The notes below the pieces were generated by a model. The model saw only the letters and a list, made by a program, of their open reading frames with translations. It did no database searches and was not told the origin of the DNA. From the IMG/VR virus record IMGVR_UViG_3300032212_000679, positions 1 to 35,587 of that record: a DNA stretch of 35,587 nucleotides; one strand, 5' to 3'. Shown piece after piece: positions 28,085 through 35,587 of this stretch. Each line of letters starts with the position of its first letter. Positions within the stretch are counted from its first letter, which is position 1. Source of the DNA: a virus. Taxonomy: Duplodnaviria > Caudoviricetes. A program made the position numbers and the translations under genes.

Positions 28085-28393
28085 ATGAAAAAAATATTAA
28101 TAGCTTTAATGCTTTTAAATGGTGTTGCTTTTGCTGAACAGCAAATTGTATGTGTTGACACAGTAGTAAGTACAAAGGGATTATCTAACCTTGAGTTTTG
28201 TGTTGAACCAAATAGTAATCTAAATCCAGATGAAGTAGTTCATGTAAGAACAAGGTTATTTAACACTATTGGTAAGGTGAGTGCAAACAACTTTAGTGTT
28301 GCAACAGATAAAACTCAAAATAAAATATTAATTTCTATAAATAGTCTATGGAACAATGTTGCTTTTTCTATTCATAGCATTAAAACAAAATAA
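28085..28393 (+). CDS. Secreted/periplasmic hypothetical protein
   Basis: Sec signal MKKILIALMLLNGVAFA; two Cys. Confidence 0.65.
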   Translation: MKKILIALMLLNGVAFAEQQIVCVDTVVSTKGLSNLEFCVEPNSNLNPDEVVHVRTRLFNTIGKVSANNFSVATDKTQNKILISINSLWNNVAFSIHSIKTK

Positions 28394-28424
28394 AAATATG
28401 AAGTATTAACACTTGGTTTTATAG

Positions 28425-28458
28425 AAAACTAGCCACTTTTAAAGTGCTAGTTTTTTTT
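28425..28458. terminator. Bidirectional intrinsic terminator between convergent genes
   Basis: AAAACTAGC(C)ACTTTTAAAGTGCTAGTTTTTTTT. Confidence 0.7.
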
Positions 28459-28891
28459 ACTCACACCACTCTTCTTTAGTGTCACCATCATATTTTACAG
28501 CTAAACCCATTTTTAGCAGTTCATCACCAATAGAAACATCATCTACATAAACATCAGCTAGTAGTCTAAAGTACTTACCTCTTTTGATATTTCGCAGTTC
28601 TATTCTCTTAGCAGTTTTAAGCATTGACACAGTTAGTTTTCTAGCTTCCTTCGCTAATTGCTTCTCTTTAAAACACTTACCTTTCATTTCAGGTGTATCT
28701 ATACCATTAATTCTAATAGCCATTCTACGCCCTACTACATCAGGATAAGTATTTATATTAACCCTAAATGTATCACCATCATAGATGCTTACAACTTCAC
28801 TTGCCACTACATCATCAAAAACCATATCTTTTAAAGATTCGGCATTAACAGTTAAAGCAAATAGACTAAGCATTATTATTTTTTTTACCAT
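28457..28891 (-). CDS. Secreted thermonuclease (SNase-like)
   Basis: Signal peptide; YDGDTF, RINGIDTPE, GKYFRLLA, GLA motifs; own TATAAT and AAGG. Confidence 0.9.
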   Translation of the reverse strand: MVKKIIMLSLFALTVNAESLKDMVFDDVVASEVVSIYDGDTFRVNINTYPDVVGRRMAIRINGIDTPEMKGKCFKEKQLAKEARKLTVSMLKTAKRIELRNIKRGKYFRLLADVYVDDVSIGDELLKMGLAVKYDGDTKEEWCE

Positions 28892-28948
28892 AATTTACAA
28901 CCTTTTATGAATTATACCTTTTTCTAAATTTTCCAAACAATATCAATA

Positions 28949-29013
28949 TGTACATAATTTATTTACAATTTAAGACAAAAAGCTTGACATAATGTAAATA
29001 AATTATGTACAAT
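28949..29013 (+). promoter_or_regulatory. PL-like early promoter with two CI operators
   Basis: TGTACATAATTTATTTACA at 28949-28967 and inverted at 28993-29011, identical to the PR operator; TTGACA (28984) and TACAAT (29008). Confidence 0.8.
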
Positions 29014-29145
29014 ACCTTTATTGAATCAAAAAAACCTCTTGAAAATAGAGATTTTGTTTTGATGTGTTTTTTAACTTACCATGATAGAACGCTGGACAAT
29101 CTATCGACTAACTTCAACCCACCAAGCATAGAGGCGGTGCTTTGG

Positions 29146-29242
29146 TTTTAAAACTTTTGATGTAGTGCATTGAAATTTAATAGTGTGAAAGACTAGACGA
29201 CACTTCTTTTATAAGTAAATGCACTTCACAAAGAGTTTAAAA
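29146..29242 (+). other. Long leader hairpin before first PL gene
   Basis: TTTTAAAACTTTTGATGTAGTGCATT pairs with AATGCACTTCACAAAGAGTTTAAAA, then AAGG RBS. Confidence 0.6.
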
Positions 29243-29254
29243 TAAAGGTATATC

Positions 29255-29461
29255 ATGCAAAACTATGACAAAATAAAAGGTGTAGTAGACACCATTGACA
29301 AACTACATGAAGCAAGAAAAGTATTGTTTTATGCTTTGTCTCCAATGGGAAAAGCTCGTTTTAATGAAGATGAAATAAAACCATATTCTGATAAGTTAAA
29401 AAATATAAAAGATGATTTAACTCAGCTTCAAGAAGATTTAGAAGCAGAGATTTATAAGTGA
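29255..29461 (+). CDS. Hypothetical early protein
   Basis: AAGG RBS; helical. Confidence 0.6.
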   Translation: MQNYDKIKGVVDTIDKLHEARKVLFYALSPMGKARFNEDEIKPYSDKLKNIKDDLTQLQEDLEAEIYK

Positions 29462-29709
29462 CCTGATTCTTTAAGTCTTGACCTTAAATCATCTTCATCT
29501 GAGATTTCTATACATTCTATCAAACAGTTAAAATCGTTGTTTATTTTAGTATGTATAACATCTACAACAACAAACCTACCGGTACAACTTCTATCCTTTA
29601 ACTCGTCATTTACTATGATTGAACCTATTTGAGGAATGTATCCAATAATGTCTTTTTTTGGTAATCCAGTTCCATTATGAGAAATATAATTAATCTCCAC
29701 ATTATCCAT
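29452..29709 (-). CDS. Antisense moron, hypothetical protein with own promoter
   Basis: TGATATAAT at 29756-29748 and AAGG RBS on minus strand. Confidence 0.65.
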   Translation of the reverse strand: MDNVEINYISHNGTGLPKKDIIGYIPQIGSIIVNDELKDRSCTGRFVVVDVIHTKINNDFNCLIECIEISDEDDLRSRLKESGHL

Positions 29710-29791
29710 TATAAAGCCTTTGTATTAGTTTATTTTTAGTCAAACAAATTATATCACAAAGGTTTTACCGTGGATGATCAAAACTAAATAC

Positions 29792-29850
29792 ATAAGTATC
29801 TATATGAGAGTAAGCTGCAGACTGCTCTGATTAAATACTTATATAAAGGA
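29792..29850 (+). repeat. Leader hairpin element copy A
   Basis: ATAAGTATCTATATGAGAGTAA...CTCTGATTAAATACTTATATAAAGGA. Confidence 0.65.
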
Positions 29851-29856
29851 AACACT

Positions 29857-30174
29857 ATGCATGAAGAAGTTTTAGCTTCAGAAATACAAGCGTTTATAGA
29901 TGCGTTTAGAAGTGTCGGAAACGGTGAGATAGCCGAAGAAACATCACGCAATCTAAAAAAATGTGTAAAAGCAACTATGCTTCACGGTAAAAAATCTACT
30001 TTGAGCATCAAGCTTGAAATATCTCAAATAGCAGATGACCAAATAGCTATGGTTGGTACAGTATCTTCAAAAGTGCCAGAGACACAAATCAAAACTGGTT
30101 TCTTTGTAAATCAGCAAACATTCTTACCGTCTAGAAATAGACCAGATCAACAAACATTACCAGGAGTTAAATAA
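29857..30174 (+). CDS. YfdP-like early phage protein
   Basis: A...HGKKSTLSIKLEI...SKVP...FFV...LPSRNRPDQQTL; coupled to a DUF2303 gene. Confidence 0.65.
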   Translation: MHEEVLASEIQAFIDAFRSVGNGEIAEETSRNLKKCVKATMLHGKKSTLSIKLEISQIADDQIAMVGTVSSKVPETQIKTGFFVNQQTFLPSRNRPDQQTLPGVK

Positions 30175-30950
30175 TGAAAGAACTTATAGAGAAATTTGCA
30201 AACTCATTTAGACCCGTTAAAGAAGAGTTAGATAATGGTCGTAAAGCCGTTCACAATGATTATAAAATTGTTGAAGAAGATAAGCCAATCAATTTTAAAA
30301 TGCCTATTGATAGACATGTGCTCAATCAAGGTATTATTAATAAACTTGACTTCATAGCATTTGTAAATGAGTACAAAACAGATGCAACTAAGCTTTTTTA
30401 CAACAACAGCGGTATTACAGCAATATTTAACTATACAACAAAAGATAACGCTGACCATGGTGATAGTAAAAGCTACATGCATCTTATGGAGACAGATGAT
30501 TATAGAGAGTTTGAAAAACATCAATGCGAACTATCTCAAAAGCAGTTCGTTAGATTTTTAAAACGTATGGAGCCTTATATAGTTGCCTTTGACGGTAAAC
30601 AAGCTGATGACATGGATATCATCGAGATGGCTGAACATCTACAAGCCATCAAGACCATTGATAGTGTGCAGCGTAACACTCAGCAAAAGTTTCATTTAGA
30701 TGTTGAGATATCTACTGGTAAGTCAGAGATGGAACTGCCTCGTGTTATAACTTTTGAGTTTCCTATCTTTAAAAACGATCGTGATATGACCACTAAGTTT
30801 GATACAGAGCTATTTTTAAGTAGCGATGATGGATCACTAACAGCTGAACTTATCTGCTACAACATAGACCAGCTTTATGAAGAGTCTATCCGTGAACTTA
30901 CAAACTCTATCTTAGCTGATATAGATGATGTTAATGCTTTTCAGTCTTAG
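30174..30950 (+). CDS. DUF2303/YfdQ-family protein
   Basis: DFIAFVN, AIFNY..DHGD..A-type motif, LSQKQFVRFL, LPRVITFEFPIF. Confidence 0.7.
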   Translation: MKELIEKFANSFRPVKEELDNGRKAVHNDYKIVEEDKPINFKMPIDRHVLNQGIINKLDFIAFVNEYKTDATKLFYNNSGITAIFNYTTKDNADHGDSKSYMHLMETDDYREFEKHQCELSQKQFVRFLKRMEPYIVAFDGKQADDMDIIEMAEHLQAIKTIDSVQRNTQQKFHLDVEISTGKSEMELPRVITFEFPIFKNDRDMTTKFDTELFLSSDDGSLTAELICYNIDQLYEESIRELTNSILADIDDVNAFQS

Positions 30951-30961
30951 GACTGAGGCAT

Positions 30962-31016
30962 ACAAGCATATATATGAGAGTAAATCGTTTACTCTGATTT
31001 ATATATTTATAAAGGA
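30962..31016 (+). repeat. Leader hairpin element copy B
   Basis: ACAAGCATATATATGAGAGTAAA-TCG-TTTACTCTGATTTATATATTTATAAAGGA. Confidence 0.65.
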
Positions 31017-31022
31017 GCAACA

Positions 31023-31184
31023 ATGCTAAAAAAAGAATTTACTTTCAATCTATGGATTAGAAAAGACAAAGTGGTTTGGAAAGCTTTTATAAAGCCTGTG
31101 AGTGCAGATGAATGTAGGGCTTTTGTAGAAAGGCACATAAAAACCACTAAAACTATATACAACTACACACTTATTAGAGGTTAA
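31023..31184 (+). CDS. 53-aa hypothetical protein (not in ORF track)
   Basis: MLKKEFTFNLWIRK...LIRG*; AAGGAG RBS. Confidence 0.6.
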   Translation: MLKKEFTFNLWIRKDKVVWKAFIKPVSADECRAFVERHIKTTKTIYNYTLIRG

Positions 31185-31188
31185 AAAG

Positions 31189-31365
31189 ATGTTTGAAAAT
31201 GTAGAAATAATTTTGACATGGATCGCATGCAGTGGAATTGTATCGGCTTTTATAGCTCCATACATAACAGATTTTATCAAAAGTTCGTTCACTTCAAGTG
31301 ATAGTTTCAAAAGAAGTGATGATCGTATGATCACAGATATGTATCTACCAAAGGACAAAATATGA
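31189..31365 (+). CDS. 58-aa protein with N-terminal hydrophobic segment (not in ORF track)
   Basis: MFENVEIILTWIACSGIVSAFIAPY...; GAGG RBS. Confidence 0.55.
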   Translation: MFENVEIILTWIACSGIVSAFIAPYITDFIKSSFTSSDSFKRSDDRMITDMYLPKDKI

Positions 31366-31514
31366 AATACGAAGAACCGCCAATGTTTTCATCACTAAAA
31401 GGCAAGTTAGACGGTAAGCCGTTTGAGCATGTGTCAAGAGATATTGCTTGGTTGCAAATAATGTTGACTGTTATCCGCAAAATGGGCGGTAACGGTTTTA
31501 TATACAGAGTATAA
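31362..31514 (+). CDS. 50-aa hypothetical protein (not in ORF track)
   Basis: MKYEEPPMF...YRV*; ATGA overlap, AAGGA RBS. Confidence 0.55.
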   Translation: MKYEEPPMFSSLKGKLDGKPFEHVSRDIAWLQIMLTVIRKMGGNGFIYRV

Positions 31515-31516
31515 CA

Positions 31517-31639
31517 ATGACCGCATTTTTCAAGAAAAAGGCTGTAAGTCAAGTTGATGAGATTCTGATAGAGGGAAAGTTCTATACAGAACATGAGATC
31601 AAGAAGATCATAAAAGAAAATGAAACTAAAAAAGGGTAA
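31517..31639 (+). CDS. 40-aa hypothetical protein (not in ORF track)
   Basis: MTAFFKKKAV...KKG*; tiles the operon. Confidence 0.45.
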   Translation: MTAFFKKKAVSQVDEILIEGKFYTEHEIKKIIKENETKKG

Positions 31640-31642
31640 ATC

Positions 31643-31957
31643 ATGGTAATTACAAATACACGAAAAGCTATCAAATATTATGAGTTAGCAATTAAAAATG
31701 CTGAAAATATATTAAGTCATGAAATTGAACAAGACGAAAATTATCAAGCTTTTCAAAAAAAATATAAAAAAAAGTATGGATACACAACAATATTCTATAG
31801 TCATATACAAGAGTTTAGTTTTTATGATTACAATAAAGACGAAAGTATTGATTTTTTTAGAATTGTAGATAATGAGATTGTTTATGATGATAATACTTTC
31901 GACGGTGTTAAAGATGTAGCTGAAGAACTATTAAACATTGTAAAAAGGTTTTATTAA
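31643..31957 (+). CDS. Hypothetical protein
   Basis: AAGGG RBS; very AT-rich, Tyr-rich and acidic. Confidence 0.65.
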   Translation: MVITNTRKAIKYYELAIKNAENILSHEIEQDENYQAFQKKYKKKYGYTTIFYSHIQEFSFYDYNKDESIDFFRIVDNEIVYDDNTFDGVKDVAEELLNIVKRFY

Positions 31958-31958
31958 T

Positions 31959-32081
31959 ATGAATCAAACAATAAAAACACCGGATGTAAAAGAAGTTAAA
32001 AAAAATAACAGATTGCATATCTTAGCACTAAGAGAAGCAAAGCGAGAGTTTAAAATACTGCTTAGAGATAGTGGAGTGTGA
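31959..32081 (+). CDS. 40-aa hypothetical protein (not in ORF track)
   Basis: MNQTIKTPDV...DSGV*; AAGG RBS. Confidence 0.45.
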   Translation: MNQTIKTPDVKEVKKNNRLHILALREAKREFKILLRDSGV

Positions 32082-32082
32082 G

Positions 32083-32469
32083 ATGAACGATAACGCAAAA
32101 CCAATACTGCCAGATACAAAAGACACTATATGTTTTGATGATCGCTTTATTCCAAAGATAAAGAATGACCAAAAAGCGGTAACGATTAGAAATAGTCCTG
32201 TTTCGCTTGGGTATAAAACTTTAGATCAAGGCTTTGTTATTGAGGTACTATCGTGTGAAAAAGTTAATGTACGGGTGATAGACCATTCAAAAGATATAGC
32301 TTTAAGTAAAGCTCTGCATTTTAAAGAAATGGGATTTAAAGTATTGGGATTTAAAGACAAAATAGAGGCGTATGACCACTACAAAGATTATATAAAAAGA
32401 GATTTTGCTTATGTAATTACTTTTGATGTGCTGTCTGAATTTGAGAGGATTGAGGATGGAAAAAACTGA
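32083..32469 (+). CDS. ASCH/PUA-like domain protein
   Basis: ICFDDRFIPKIKNDQKAVTIR resembles the ASCH I..G.K..T.R motif; YVITF C-terminal strand. Confidence 0.55.
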   Translation: MNDNAKPILPDTKDTICFDDRFIPKIKNDQKAVTIRNSPVSLGYKTLDQGFVIEVLSCEKVNVRVIDHSKDIALSKALHFKEMGFKVLGFKDKIEAYDHYKDYIKRDFAYVITFDVLSEFERIEDGKN

Positions 32470-32656
32470 TTACATACTTAATGAAGAAAACGGACTATTC
32501 TCTGTTGACTTAAACGGTCAGGTTGTAGCTAAAGGCTGCATAACTAAAAATGATGCACTACACGCCATATGGACCAAAGAGGGAAAAGTACAAGATGATT
32601 TCTATGTAGCTGATGAAGCTGGAAATGTGTCTCGTGTTGATAGTGGTGTATTGTAA
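32456..32656 (+). CDS. Hypothetical protein
   Basis: MEKTDYILNEE; GAGG RBS. Confidence 0.55.
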   Translation: MEKTDYILNEENGLFSVDLNGQVVAKGCITKNDALHAIWTKEGKVQDDFYVADEAGNVSRVDSGVL

Positions 32657-32678
32657 TGATGATATTCAAAGGACTATT

Positions 32679-32894
32679 ATGAAAAGAAAAAGACTAACTG
32701 ATACAGTCATTAAGATATCTAAAATGAATATGGATGAACTAACTCAGTTCAATAGCAATACAGATATGAGTAGTCTCGATAGAGCCTCAAGGGATATGCT
32801 CACAGAAGCTATAGATATTCAAATGCAGTTTCTAAACGGTGATGCATCTGCAAACGCAGCTGTAGTCTGTTCTGAAATAGATGACGTTGCATAG
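32679..32894 (+). CDS. Hypothetical protein
   Basis: MKRKRLTD; AAGGA RBS. Confidence 0.55.
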   Translation: MKRKRLTDTVIKISKMNMDELTQFNSNTDMSSLDRASRDMLTEAIDIQMQFLNGDASANAAVVCSEIDDVA

Positions 32895-32991
32895 CATGGC
32901 TAGATATATCAAACATTCAAAATGGGTTCTAGTGAAAAAGCGTAAAGGTGACTGGGTATATAGACCAGCGAAATAATTTAAAAGGATTAAC

Positions 32992-33765
32992 ATGGTTCAT
33001 ATAGCAAAATGGAGCGGTGGTTATGATAGCTCTTGCATGGTGGTTATGATCTGTGAGGTCGGTTTACCACTTGACCATATTGTGTTTTGTGACACTCTCG
33101 CCGAGTTTGAAGAGATGTATGAATATATAGAAAAATTTCAGGCATACATTAAAAGAAGATTTGGCAGAACAATAACTATAATCAAGCCAGAAACTTCACT
33201 TGACAACTGGGCTTTTACAAAAATAACCAAAGGTGAAAAAGTTGGAATGATTAGAGGACTACCTTTGACTACTGTTCCATGCTACTGGAAAAGAGAATCT
33301 AAAGTGTATCCATTTGAAAGATGGTTAAAAGCCAACAATATAAAAGATCACAAACTATATATTGGCTATACATACACAGAACTGCAACGATCTAACGTTG
33401 ATGCAGATAACCAAATCTATCCTCTAATTGATTTCAAAATGACTGAGGATGATGTTAGAGATTTCTTAAAGGAAAGATCTATCGACAACCCTCTCTATAA
33501 ACATTTCAATCGTACCGGATGCTACTTCTGCCCAAAACAAAGAGTTGAAGATTTCTACAATGTCTATAAGCATCATCCAGAGAAGTGGGAAAAAATAGTT
33601 GAGTATGAAAATAAAGCTAAAAGTATGGGTGCATTAAATACTCAGTTTAGTATTCACGGTAGTGCTTTTGAGATGGAGCAAATGTTCAAGAAAAAAGAGC
33701 AACAACTTACTTTTGAATTCCCAGATCAACATATCGAAGAGGAATATTGCTTTTGCAAAATTTAA
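32992..33765 (+). CDS. PAPS-reductase-family PP-loop protein
   Basis: WSGGYDS PP-loop, FCDT..EF, YPLID, RTGCYFCP. Confidence 0.85.
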   Translation: MVHIAKWSGGYDSSCMVVMICEVGLPLDHIVFCDTLAEFEEMYEYIEKFQAYIKRRFGRTITIIKPETSLDNWAFTKITKGEKVGMIRGLPLTTVPCYWKRESKVYPFERWLKANNIKDHKLYIGYTYTELQRSNVDADNQIYPLIDFKMTEDDVRDFLKERSIDNPLYKHFNRTGCYFCPKQRVEDFYNVYKHHPEKWEKIVEYENKAKSMGALNTQFSIHGSAFEMEQMFKKKEQQLTFEFPDQHIEEEYCFCKI

Positions 33766-33780
33766 AATAAAAGGATTAAC

Positions 33781-35337
33781 ATGGTAAACGGTGAACTTAT
33801 AGTAGATTTATTTGCTGGAGGCGGTGGTGCTTCTACTGGTATAGAGATGGCATTAGGTGTTCCACCTGATATAGCAGTAAATCATGATCCTCAAGCTATA
33901 GCTTTACATGAAGCAAACCATCCATACACAAAACATTATATAGAAGATATATTTGAAGTAGATCCTGTTGATGTGTGCGGTCTTATTCCGGTTGGTTTAA
34001 TGTGGATGTCTCCCGATTGTAAGCATTTTTCTAAAGCTAAAGGTGCAAAGCCTGTTAGTTGTGACATTCGCAGTCTAGCATGGGTTGGTGTAAAGTGGGC
34101 GAAAGCTGTTAGACCTAGAATCATCATGCTTGAAAATGTAGAGGAGTTTCAGGACTGGGGTCCGATATGTGAAAATAATCGCCCTATCCTCTCTCAAAAA
34201 GGTGAGACTTTCGAACTATTTGTTCAAGCATTCAAAGATTTAGGATACCAGGTTGAATGGAAAGAGTTAAGAGCCTCAGACTTTGGTGCTCCTACAATCC
34301 GTAAACGTCTGTTTCTCATAGCTCGTTGTGACGGTGAGCCTATAGTATTTCCCGAACCTACACACGGTGATCCTAAAAAGCATCCTGAGCGTTTAGCTTG
34401 GAAAACTGCTGCTGATTGTATTGACTGGTCCATACCGGCTCACTCTATCTTTTTAACAAAAGAGGAAGGTAAGAAAGTCGGTGTTAAAAGACCACTTGCT
34501 CCGAAGACTATGCAGCGTATAGCTAAAGGGATGAAAAAATTTGTGATAGACAATGATGATCCATATGTAGTTAAAGATAGTTTTCCTTATGTAGATAAAT
34601 ATTACGGCACGGCTACTGGAACTGGTATGGATGAACCTGTACATACTATTACAGCCGGCGGTGGTAAACATGCTGTTGTCATGCCATATGTCTCTACTTA
34701 CTATGGAAGTTCAACTGAACAAAATCCAAGAGGTAATGCACTGGATGCACCTGTAGGAACTATCACAGCTGGTGGAAGTCGTCATGCTTTAATAGCTCCA
34801 TTTGTAACTGAACACGCAAACGGATCATCACAGCGTAACATGAAACTAGATGAACCTTTACGCACTATATGTGCAAATGTAAAAGGCGGTCATTTTGCAT
34901 TAGTTGCAGCATTTATTGCACAACATAATCTAGGAGCTGTAGGACACGACCCAAGAAAACCACTGTCTACTATTACTCAGACTGGTTCACAACAGCAAGT
35001 GGTAAATGCATACATGATGAAATACTACGGTGTCGGTGAAGGTCAAAAGGTTTCAGATCCAGCACACACTATTACGACTAAAGATAGGTTGGCACTTATT
35101 GAGGTGCATAATGTTAAATACCAGGTAGTTGATATCTGTATGAGAATGTTTACACCAAGAGAGCTATACACAGCACAAGGCTTTCCTAAAGACTACAAAA
35201 TAAACATCGAGTACAACGGAAAACCGCTACCTAAAACAGCACAAGTAAGAATGTGTGGTAATAGCGTGGTACCTATATTGGCAAAAGTGTTGGTTGAAAG
35301 TAACTTCTATATTAATGGAGCTGAGAAGTCAGCGTAA
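33781..35337 (+). CDS. Phage DNA (cytosine-5) methyltransferase
   Basis: DLFAGGGG, SPDC, ENV, PTIRKRLF, RMFTPRE, CGNSV. Confidence 0.92.
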   Translation: MVNGELIVDLFAGGGGASTGIEMALGVPPDIAVNHDPQAIALHEANHPYTKHYIEDIFEVDPVDVCGLIPVGLMWMSPDCKHFSKAKGAKPVSCDIRSLAWVGVKWAKAVRPRIIMLENVEEFQDWGPICENNRPILSQKGETFELFVQAFKDLGYQVEWKELRASDFGAPTIRKRLFLIARCDGEPIVFPEPTHGDPKKHPERLAWKTAADCIDWSIPAHSIFLTKEEGKKVGVKRPLAPKTMQRIAKGMKKFVIDNDDPYVVKDSFPYVDKYYGTATGTGMDEPVHTITAGGGKHAVVMPYVSTYYGSSTEQNPRGNALDAPVGTITAGGSRHALIAPFVTEHANGSSQRNMKLDEPLRTICANVKGGHFALVAAFIAQHNLGAVGHDPRKPLSTITQTGSQQQVVNAYMMKYYGVGEGQKVSDPAHTITTKDRLALIEVHNVKYQVVDICMRMFTPRELYTAQGFPKDYKINIEYNGKPLPKTAQVRMCGNSVVPILAKVLVESNFYINGAEKSA

Positions 35338-35344
35338 ACAAAGA

Positions 35345-35587
35345 TTATTGTTCTGTAAAACTTTCGTTTGTAAAATCAAAAACTACTTTTCCACCACCTG
35401 CTGCGGCAATTTGCTTTAATGATGTTACAGAGATTTTATGTGCTGCATTGATTGTAACTGTCCCTCCACCCGTATTAACAGCTGCGGCAATTTGTTTTAG
35501 CGATGTTACAGATATAGATGAATCAATAATCATTCCTCCACCTGCTGCGGCAATTTGTTTTAATGATGTTATAGAAATTTTATTCAT
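35345..35587 (-). CDS. Small triple-repeat protein, convergent with early operon
   Basis: Three IS(I/V)TSLKQIAAA units; DNA repeats spaced 81 and 63 bp. Confidence 0.7.
   Translation of the reverse strand: MNKISITSLKQIAAAGGGMIIDSSISVTSLKQIAAAVNTGGGTVTINAAHKISVTSLKQIAAAGGGKVVFDFTNESFTEQ

Larger units (their letters stand above)
1..35587. mobile_element. Temperate lambda-like siphovirus prophage (ends not visible in window)
   Basis: Syntenic lysis, tail, head, terminase, replication and cI/cro modules; no host housekeeping genes. Confidence 0.95.

Noticed and set aside
29172-29205. GAAA hairpin followed by GACG as a c-di-GMP-I riboswitch
   Set aside because: Lacks the GGCAAA/GCAAA context and P1 stem; resemblance is only partial
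31050-31594. Minus-strand ORFs 31050-31358 and 31331-31594
   Set aside because: Shadows of plus-strand micro-ORFs that have RBSs and coupled starts
35394-35583. Three ~35-bp direct repeats as a mini CRISPR array
   Set aside because: Spacings of 81 and 63 bp are unequal multiples of 3, differences are largely synonymous, and the repeats lie in an open ORF; no cas genes
1-35587. attL/attR, tRNA genes, poly-G phase-variation tracts
   Set aside because: None detected by eye; prophage boundaries probably lie outside the window

Overview
The window is most of an AT-rich temperate, lambda-like (GpA terminase/cos-type) siphovirus prophage. AAGG ribosome-binding sites, TGn-TATAAT promoters and the style of the DnaB and integrase suggest a Campylobacterota host; that assignment is inference. 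On the minus strand, from a Cro-like gene at about 26.6 kb: cII-like, DnaB-like helicase, replication initiator with iterons, tyrosine recombinase, gpZ-like protein, cos-like region, terS/terL, gpW, portal, protease-capsid fusion, connector genes, tail tube, frameshifted tail chaperones, 1602-aa tape measure, a minimal tail tip and a lysis cassette. On the plus strand: a CI-like S24 repressor, accessory genes (plus a convergent secreted thermonuclease) and an early operon with YfdP/YfdQ-like, ASCH-like, PAPS-reductase-like and C5 DNA methyltransferase genes. An XRE/antirepressor module sits beyond the lysis genes. The most notable observations are: (i) a family of long leader hairpins, one of which carries two small membrane-protein genes inside its loop; (ii) an unannotated antisense membrane micro-protein just upstream of the tape measure gene, a superinfection-exclusion candidate; (iii) S-layer-type DUF4214-like repeats in the tape measure protein; (iv) an unusual lysis cassette with a PLA2-like gene, a lipoprotein with a possible -1 frameshift extension, and an endolysin with an active-site insertion; (v) an intact integrase coupled inside the replication-to-packaging operon. 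No att sites, tRNA, CRISPR array or reverse transcriptase were seen.
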